A program made the translations under genes and the position numbers. A stretch of DNA of 34,301 bases, from NCBI GenBank assembly GCA_964416155.1, contig CAYQCW010000015.1:1-34301 (forward strand). Direction: 5' to 3'. Each line of letters begins with the position of its first letter. Position 1 is the stretch's first letter. The stretch is from an uncultured Nitrososphaerota archaeon (GTDB lineage: Archaea; Thermoproteota; EX4484-205; JAAOZP01). Of this stretch, positions 27,333 through 34,301 are shown piece after piece. The notes under the pieces were generated by a model. That model saw nothing but the letters and a program-made list of their open reading frames with translations. It made no database searches and was not told the origin of the DNA.

Positions 27333-27917
27333 CTAGGTTTTTTCAAATCTTTCTTCAACAGTTTTCCAGTCTACTGCTTTGAAGAACGCCTCTATATAAT
27401 CTGCGCGCTTCAACCCATAGTCGACCATGTATGCGTGTTCGAAAACATCCATTATCAGGATGAGTTTAGCCCCGGAAAGATGTCCCACGTCATGCTCGTT
27501 AATCCACGCGTTCACCAGTCTTCCTGCTGCAGGATCATAGTACAGCGTGGCCCAACCGATTCCACGCATTGTTCCAACAGCCTTAAAGTCTTTCTCCCAG
27601 TTTTCATACGAGTCGAAGTCTTCGACAATCCTCCTGTACAATTTAGAATCCTTGTCTAACTCTACACTATCCTTCGTCATGTTTCCGAAGTAATATTCGT
27701 GGAGCCTCATCCCGTTCCACTCCCAGCCGAGCCTGCGTTTCAGCTCAGCATACTCTGGTGTTCCAGTTTTCCCCTCTTTTAACAAAGCGTTCAAGCTTTC
27801 AATCAGCTTATTCGTATTATTCACATAACCCTGGTAGAGCGTGAAATGATTCTTAAGCAACTGGTCGCTGAAACCTTTCAAACCCAACAAGTGTTCAAAA
27901 CTCTTAGGCTGGTACAT
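27333..27917 (-). CDS. sod: Fe/Mn superoxide dismutase, divergent ChrC-like type
   Basis: H..LY.GYV, NG..LHE.YF, RGIGW and DVFEHAY..DY motifs; the four metal ligands (H, H, D, H) are identifiable. Confidence 0.88.
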   Translation of the reverse strand: MYQPKSFEHLLGLKGFSDQLLKNHFTLYQGYVNNTNKLIESLNALLKEGKTGTPEYAELKRRLGWEWNGMRLHEYYFGNMTKDSVELDKDSKLYRRIVEDFDSYENWEKDFKAVGTMRGIGWATLYYDPAAGRLVNAWINEHDVGHLSGAKLILIMDVFEHAYMVDYGLKRADYIEAFFKAVDWKTVEERFEKT

Positions 27918-28032
27918 TTTACATCCGGAACTTTCACGGGGGCGTTATATTTATGCTTATCCCGAACAACGAGTTTGATTTTGAATCGTTCCGAGTAAAA
28001 CTTTTTATTTCTAAAGCAGCAGCTTTCCTAAC

Positions 28033-28833
28033 ATGAACACCAAGTTTTTCAAAAGGCTTGGTCGAAGCGTTTCGAGCCTTGGGCTTGGAACCTGGAGGAT
28101 GGGGGAAGACAGGTCTATGGATGATGCTTCAGTAGCCGCGCTTAAACGGGGGATTGAGCTGGGTGCTACGATGATCGACACTGCTGAAATGTATGCTAAC
28201 GGCAGGGCTGAGAAGCTTGTTAGCAGGGCGATAAAAGGCTTCGACAGGGATGAGCTGTTCATAGTGACTAAGGTTTGGCCGACTAACGCGAGCTACGAGG
28301 GTGTTTTAAAGGCTGCTAAGAGAAGTATGGATAGGCTTGGAACATTCATAGACCTCTATCTTCTCCACTGGCCTTCAAGCTTCCCCATTTGTGAAACGAT
28401 GAGGGCGATGGAGGAGCTTGTCAACAGGAGTATGGTGAAGCATATTGGGTTAAGCAATTTTAACGTTAAAAGCATTGAAGAGGCCAGAGCATGCTTGAAG
28501 AAAGTGGATATTGCTGCTGTTCAAAACAGGTTCAGCCCAACCTATAGGAAGGACTATGCTGACGTGATCCCATATGCTCTCAGAGAGGGGATGCTTTACA
28601 TGGCTTACACCCCTATTGAGAAGGGGAGTCTCTCCGGAAATAGGCTGCTGAGGAGAATTGGGGAGAAGTACGGTAAGACACCTATCCAGGTTGCTTTAAA
28701 CTGGCTGATCTGCATCGAGCCCGTCGTGCCGATTCCCAAGGCTTCAAGGATGGAGCACTTGGAGGAGAACGTTGGAAGCATGGGGTGGAGGCTGAGCAGC
28801 GAGGACTTCGACGAGATTCTGAATCGCCTCTAA
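28033..28833 (+). CDS. Aldo/keto reductase
   Basis: LGLGTW, IDTAEMY, FIVTKV, DLYLLHWP, IGLSNF, IPKAS and EN motifs. Confidence 0.95.
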   Translation: MNTKFFKRLGRSVSSLGLGTWRMGEDRSMDDASVAALKRGIELGATMIDTAEMYANGRAEKLVSRAIKGFDRDELFIVTKVWPTNASYEGVLKAAKRSMDRLGTFIDLYLLHWPSSFPICETMRAMEELVNRSMVKHIGLSNFNVKSIEEARACLKKVDIAAVQNRFSPTYRKDYADVIPYALREGMLYMAYTPIEKGSLSGNRLLRRIGEKYGKTPIQVALNWLICIEPVVPIPKASRMEHLEENVGSMGWRLSSEDFDEILNRL

Positions 28834-28943
28834 GTTTATGACTAAGCAGCGTGAAAGGACAGCGTGTGTTACCTGCAGGGTGCTTATTAAGGCTTGAAAA
28901 CATGGAGGAAAAGCTTTTTGCCCAGCCACATGCGTACTGTCTT

Positions 28944-30404
28944 ATGGCTGACTGGTGGAGGAAGTGCTTCATATAGCTTACTTGGGGGATTACGGAGACT
29001 TTAGCCAGGAGAGTATTGAGAGGGTTGCGGAGGAAGCGTCTCGAAGAAACTGCAACCTTCTGGAAGTAGTCTCCAACAGGGGAGATATTAACAGGGAGTT
29101 CGCCCTTTACGATAGGGAGGTGTACCTAAATGGGACGGGGCGGGTGGTAGAGACCTGCTCCTTGGACAGATTGAGGCTGCACACTGGAAAGGGCTCAGGA
29201 CGAGAACCTATCTTAATGTTCACTACTACGGGGACGAGTTTTACTCTAAGCATAAGGATTGGGCTCAGGTTAAGTCAGACTGGAAGCGATTGACACTCTG
29301 TACGGCCACGGTTTCTCGATGTGCGTGAACACGCCGTACAGGGATAGAATGTTTAAACTGATTCTAGAGATAGCTGAAAGAGGCGTGGACGTTATCTTCC
29401 TAGACGGGCCTGCTTACTATCCCGGCGCATGCTACTGCAAGCATTGTAGAAGCATGTTTGAGCAGGAGCATGGATTTCCAGTTCCAGTCAGAGAGGATTG
29501 GAGGAACCCTGCGTGGAGGAGGTTCATGATCTTCAGGTATAATTCTATCGCAAGGTTTCTAAAGGACGGGCAGAGAAAGCTTAGGGAGAAAGTGTTTGAA
29601 GCCCTTCTTTACAGTAATAACAGTGGCCAAGTATGGCCCTCATGGAGCTTCGCTGAGCGCTGAAGCAGTCCGGTCTTTCGTCAAGTCTGGAGGCGGGCTG
29701 GTCGCAACCTACAAGACCTCCATGTTTGACGAAACGGGTTATCTTAGGGAACCCCCGGCTCTCCGGTGTATTCGGAGTCTCAGTAGGGGGAAGAGTTATG
29801 GGACCTTTAAGATGGGACTACATGATTATAAGAAGGATCACACTCTGGTTGCGGGCGGACCCCAGTTTAAGGCTACTCCCAAAGGCCTTAGAATACTTCC
29901 AAACCTGGAATTCGTCATTCAAACTACTGTATCCCAAGGATTACCAGTCTGCCTGCAGCTGGAGCCTGCTCCAGCCAGATACGGGGATCTTACTCCCGAA
30001 ACAGGTTTTCCAACGATCGTAGCGTCAGAGTTTAGAAGAGGCAGGGCTGCCTACTTCCCATGCAAGTTCGCAGGACAATACTGGAATAACGGGTTCCTCG
30101 ACTAAAGATAATTGAAAACTCTGTTAAATGGGCCGGTGGGAGCGTGAACGACTTATGAAATAACTGTTTTCAGAGGGAGGAACTACCATATGCTTCACTT
30201 GGTGAATTTTACGTATGCTCTCAGAAGATCTTTCAACAGGGTTTTTTCCGGTGGAGAATATTTCCTTCAAGATAAGATTTGAGAGGAGCCTCGAACAGTT
30301 AAGACGCTTACACTCGAAAAATCTCTCGAATTGTCCTTCGGGGAAGAGTTTTTGCGATTAGTATTGCAAGCTTGGGCTCTGAAGGGTTGCTGATTGAATA
30401 CTGA
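28944..30404 (+). pseudogene. Fragmented GHL6/GH42-like glycoside hydrolase with beta-galactosidase-trimerisation (GATase-like) domain
   Basis: Pieces in different frames read MADWW..., AAHWKGL...YLNVHY...HKDWAQ, MCVNTPYR...VD.IFLDGP....CYC.HC...F, then AVRSFV.SGGGLVATY.TS.FDE.G, GRAAYFP, SVKWA and MLHLVN. Multiple frameshifts/stops and an apparent internal deletion near 29650. Confidence 0.75.
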
Positions 30405-30440
30405 GCAAGCTCATGCTGATTGCAATAGTCTAATATCAGC

Positions 30441-31244
30441 CTATTGAAGGTTAACTTTTTTATTCGCCTCTTGCCGGCTGTTGACGCCTTTAAAAATTAG
30501 GCCGCACATTCTCCATTTCGAGGATTTGGGCAACCAGCCTCGCCAAAACTCTTTGTAAACAAGTTTCCAACCAGAACTCCTCATAATACTTTCTATGAAA
30601 GATGGAGTCATGCCCCAGATCCAGTGGCTCGTATCCATTACAGTGGCGTCTGAAAAATTAGCCCAGTAATCTGTTTCCTCAGTCCATTCTTCTCTAAAAG
30701 GGATTAGACTGTAAGCCTTTGAGCCTGAAAGCAGGACTAGGCTGTTGCGGAACGACACGGTTTTCTCAGGCAGTATGGGCTGCGAAATCAGGAAGAACCT
30801 GCTTGTTTTCGACAGCATCAGGTTCAGGGTGTGTATTAAATCCATCTGGTGGGGGAGAACATCATATGCTAACGCAAGGTCGTAGGATGCTTCCAGAGTG
30901 GACATGAACTCCTCGTCTGAAAAATCTCCCTTTCTAAAGTCTATACCATTCCTTACGCGAGGATTTCGCACCCAGTTTTCTGACACATACTTGTCAACCA
31001 TTGTTACTCGAGCTATTCTAAACCTTTCGCTGCAAACCCTGGAGTACAGGCCGTCCACCTCCCACATGCCCCCGAAGTCGATTACGCTCCCAACCGGTAG
31101 ACATTTCTCTATCAGGGAGATCTTGCGCAGAATAGTGTCCAAGTCTTTCTCCCAGTCTATAGTCTTGTAGTCCGCCCTGTCAATCAGCCCAGGGGGAAGA
31201 AGCCGATTAAGCATTGGCGAACGCATGGTCCTGGGCCTGTTCAT
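30441..31244 (-). CDS. Class I SAM-dependent methyltransferase-like protein
   Basis: SVIDFGG, VT.VD, F.KGDF, YDLAL.YDVL.H and W.WG.TPS...GW; start uncertain. Confidence 0.7.
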   Translation of the reverse strand: MNRPRTMRSPMLNRLLPPGLIDRADYKTIDWEKDLDTILRKISLIEKCLPVGSVIDFGGMWEVDGLYSRVCSERFRIARVTMVDKYVSENWVRNPRVRNGIDFRKGDFSDEEFMSTLEASYDLALAYDVLPHQMDLIHTLNLMLSKTSRFFLISQPILPEKTVSFRNSLVLLSGSKAYSLIPFREEWTEETDYWANFSDATVMDTSHWIWGMTPSFIESIMRSSGWKLVYKEFWRGWLPKSSKWRMCGLIFKGVNSRQEANKKVNLQ

Positions 31245-31317
31245 CCATAAGATGCGGGGAACCCAAGCTTTTAAAGCTTATTAGAAGGGGTGTTTAAAAC
31301 TAGTTGAAAAAAGTGGC

Positions 31318-32451
31318 TTGAGAGCTTGGCTCTGCATGATTAAGACGGATCCGCACGATCATCACCTATATAGGATTAGGCTTAGCGAGCTGAGGGAGCT
31401 TAGTATCGCAGCCGGTTACAGCGTTGCCGGTTCAACAATACAGGTTAGCCCCAAGGAGAATGTTGCATTCATGCTTGGGAGAGGCAAGCTAGAGGAGGTG
31501 AAGCAGCAGGCTGCTGAAAACAGCGTTGGAAGCGTAATATTCTACAACGTGTTGACCAGTAAGCAAAAGTATAATCTTGAAAGAATTTTGGGTATGGAAG
31601 TTCTGGATAGGTATGACTTAACACTTAAAATATTTGATATTTCCTCTTCAGACAGGCTTTCTAAGCTCCAGATAAGGCTCGCCAAGCTTTTGAAGGAAAT
31701 ACCCTACCAGAAGCTGCTGGCGTCGATAAGATTCAAGACGGGTAGGGAACATCCTGGTCCAAGGAGCCTCGGAGAGTACGCTTACCACGAGACTGTCGCA
31801 AGCCTTCTGAAAAGGAAATCAATAATTCAGGCGGAGATTGAGAAGAGGAGGCTTGAAAAGCTTTCCCAGGTTAAAAGGAGAAGGGAAACAGGTATACCTA
31901 CGGTTTGCATAACCGGCTACTATAATGCGGGTAAGACAACGCTCTTCAACGCTCTTACAAACCTCGATAAACCCGTTAGTCCAAGGCCGTTCACCACGCT
32001 GACCAGCAAGTACTACCTGCTTCCCCGTGGAAAGCTAGAGGTTTTCCTGGTTGACACAATAGGGTTTGTTATAGATCTTGACCCCCGGCTGATCGCTTCC
32101 TTCAGCATCACGCTCGACGACATAAGGCTCTCAGACCTTGTAATGCTTACTGTGGATGTTAGTGACCCTTCAGACTTACTGCTCTTAAGGATTAAGACTT
32201 GTCTGGATATTCTTAGAAGCCTTAAGGTTAAGAACGAGAGAATAATAATAGTTTTCAATAAGTGTGACCTTGCAGCAAGCAATGAGGAAGTAAGGTTAAA
32301 GATTGACCGAGCGTATCCTCTTATTCACGACTTACCCTACTGCCTAGTGTCAGCAAAGCTGCAGAGAGGCTTGGATGAGCTTATGGAGCTAATAGCATCC
32401 CGGCTCGACAACCTTGCGGAGCCTGTTACCCAGAAACGTATGTTCAGCTAG
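31318..32451 (+). CDS. hflX: GTPase HflX
   Basis: GKLEE, L...Q..NLE, VLDR..L.L.IF, KLQI.LA, G1 GYYNAGKT, FTTL, DTIGF, NKCD and VSAK motifs. Confidence 0.92.
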   Translation: MRAWLCMIKTDPHDHHLYRIRLSELRELSIAAGYSVAGSTIQVSPKENVAFMLGRGKLEEVKQQAAENSVGSVIFYNVLTSKQKYNLERILGMEVLDRYDLTLKIFDISSSDRLSKLQIRLAKLLKEIPYQKLLASIRFKTGREHPGPRSLGEYAYHETVASLLKRKSIIQAEIEKRRLEKLSQVKRRRETGIPTVCITGYYNAGKTTLFNALTNLDKPVSPRPFTTLTSKYYLLPRGKLEVFLVDTIGFVIDLDPRLIASFSITLDDIRLSDLVMLTVDVSDPSDLLLLRIKTCLDILRSLKVKNERIIIVFNKCDLAASNEEVRLKIDRAYPLIHDLPYCLVSAKLQRGLDELMELIASRLDNLAEPVTQKRMFS

Positions 32452-32585
32452 CCTTTCAATAGCTCTTTCAACCCCTCATCCGCCTGCATTAAATCCTCCT
32501 CTAATTCGCTGCTAAGCGTTAGATACGCTTCCCCAGTGATCCCGTCGGATTCCCTAAACTGTTGCAGCCTCTTAAGCTTTCTCAT
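32448..32585 (-). CDS. Possible small helical protein or gene remnant
   Basis: MRKLKRLQQFRESDGITGEAYLTLSSELEEDL... preceded by GAGGAG; weak SHOCT-like pattern. May be debris. Confidence 0.3.
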   Translation of the reverse strand: MRKLKRLQQFRESDGITGEAYLTLSSELEEDLMQADEGLKELLKG

Positions 32586-33856
32586 TATTGCTCCTCTTCT
32601 CCCAAAGCTTCTTAACCTCGATGAGCACCCTAGGCGAGGGGCCTCCGAGCCTGTGTCTCCTGAAGAACGGTTTCTTAGCAAGCTCCAGCAGAATAAAGTA
32701 GGAAACCAAGATTGTTGCAATTATTGCTAAAAGATATGGTGAGGGCGCTGTAAATCTGAAGACTTCTCCAACAGGAGAGTAGATTATGAGGATCACTGTT
32801 AGGAAGACTATTTTAGCCGTGCCAACCAGCCAAGTGCTCGGCTTAGAACGGTAAAAAAGGCAGGCGGGGCCTTATTGAAAAAGTCACGAACATTTCTGAA
32901 AGCACTGATTCTAGAAACCATCCTGCCCTGAAAAGCATCTGGAAGATTTGAATTCAGATTATAGTGGGGTTGCAGAAGTATTCGCAGGGCCTGCATCGTC
33001 ATAAGGTTGAGCATGGTGCTTATTAGGCCGAAGAGCATCATGGCTTCCGAGAGAAACCTTATGTACCATCTTTTCGGCGACTTCAAATACTCTTTGTCAA
33101 CATTATCCGTTGAAATCGTCAGAAGGGGGGCGTCTGAAAGAAGGTTTAGGAGAAGAACCTGTGTGGGGAGGAGCGGGATGAAGGGGAGAAGCACAGATGC
33201 GAACGCTACGGTAAGCATGTTTCCAAGTTCGCGCTTAACGTGTTAGCGCGCGCCGGTTGCTGTGCCGGAGATAATGCTGGTGTCCATGAAGGCAAAGTTA
33301 GAAAGCTCTTGGAGAATGGGCTTAATCTGGTTGGAGGTTTTTTCAACAGGCAGAGACTCGCCCGTTAAAGTCGACTCGTTTGCAGAAGTTTCCACACGAT
33401 ATTATTCTTATGTCTGCCGGAAATATGTCGCCGACTGTAAGCTCTACAAGGTCTCCAAGTACGAGCTGAGTTGAATCAATCACTATTTTCTTACCATCTC
33501 TTACAACCTTCACGCTATACCTGACGTATCTCCTTAGTTTTCAAGGGCTTTCCCCGATCTTCTTTCCAGTATGAAGCCGATGAGAGAGTTTACAATGACG
33601 ATGATGAGGATTATAATAGCGTCCGTCAGCTCCCCCACCAATGCTGCTATGAGGATTGCGAAAATCAGTATTTAGACGAGGGGCTTCTAAACCGGGAGAG
33701 GAATAGAAGCAAGGAGGATAATTTTCTACCGGTTGCAGCCTCGTTTAAACCATACTCCTTAAGCCTCCTATCCGCCTCATCCTTACTAAGCCCTTCAGGG
33801 GTAGTTCCTAGCTATTTGAACACCTCTTCAGGAGGGAGCTCCCAAACATTTCTCAT
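32572..33856 (-). pseudogene. mgtA: MgtA-like P-type ATPase remnant
   Basis: From ATG 33856: WELPPEEVFK*LGTTPEGLS.DEA.RRL.EYG.NE, DA.II..IV..NS.IGF, VVRDG, GD.FPAD.R, ESTLTGESLPVEK, FMDTSI.SG. It then jumps directly to LSAN.GNMLTV..PFIPLLPTQ.LLLNLLSD..DNVD and the C-terminal TMs. Many frameshifts; the DKTGT domain is missing. Confidence 0.88.
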
Positions 33857-34114
33857 TATCCGCCTTCAGCCTTGGAATAACCTATATAGGTTTTTGCAAA
33901 CCGTCTCTTTCCACGAGCGTTTTCATATGCATTGATTAGAGTCGCCTGTTTAAGGAGCATATTCAAACGAATCCCCCAAACTTTTTAGGCTGCTCATAAC
34001 CTGTTCAACACGTTCCCATTCTCCACAACATCTTTATAAAGCAATGATCTGCTTCATTTATCATACTGACTTGACGCTCGAAAAATGTTTAGACGGGGAA
34101 CCGGGGGGTGTTTT

Positions 34115-34301
34115 TTGAGGGTTAAGATTGCTGCATCAATACTGTCTGCGGATTTCGCTAAGCTGGCTGAGGAGATTAAGCTGGCAGAGTTAGCCGGGGT
34201 CGACCTGCTTCACATTGACATTATGGATGCGCACTTTGTACCCAACATGACTATAGGTCCACCTGTAGTTAAATGCATCAGGAAGGAGACAAGGCTACCA
34301 T
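34115..34301 (+). CDS. rpe: Ribulose-phosphate 3-epimerase, N-terminal part (runs off the window; absent from ORF track)
   Basis: TTG 34115 after a GGGGTG RBS: [21 protein letters not shown]...[23 protein letters not shown]. Confidence 0.93.
   Translation, partial: MRVKIAASILSADFAKLAEEIKLAELAGVDLLHIDIMDAHFVPNMTIGPPVVKCIRKETRLP

Noticed and set aside
33857-34057. Short - strand frame upstream of mgtA (MKQIIAL*RCCGEWERVEQ...)
   Set aside because: Early stop and no recognisable motif; may be debris of an mgtA operon partner but cannot be supported.

Overview
Archaeal genomic window. Evidence: TATA boxes about 25 nt upstream of apparently leaderless starts, a TrmB regulator, an MTHFSD-like protein and a CxxC-x17-CxxC protein. 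The gene mix resembles sugar-using Thermoproteota-related lineages such as Ca. Brockarchaeota or Bathyarchaeia, which is inference only. The left part (1-15 kb) is a cell-envelope/glycan region. A UbiA-type polyprenyl-phosphate phosphoribosyltransferase and a PF10131-like (GT-C-type) membrane protein are transcribed divergently from a ~1790-aa fusion protein. That fusion carries an apparently catalytically dead GH2 ectodomain, a MacB/FtsX-type permease and a C-terminal degenerate CARF-like domain, and is the best candidate for an undescribed system. It is followed by uppP, a DHH/DHHA1 phosphoesterase, a sugar nucleotidyltransferase, a TrmB-Mrr-like fusion regulator and a GT4. The right part holds a bacterial-type (class I) GAPDH, a SpoIIM-domain membrane protein, EamA, ThuA, a GH94 cellobiose phosphorylase, two divergent TIM-barrel sugar isomerases, flavodoxin, a ChrC-like SOD, an aldo/keto reductase, HflX and rpe. 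Three pseudogenes (ttuA-like, GHL6/GH42-like, mgtA-like) have each lost their central part. No rRNA, tRNA, CRISPR array or mobile element was recognised. All family calls come from motif recognition by eye, not database searches.
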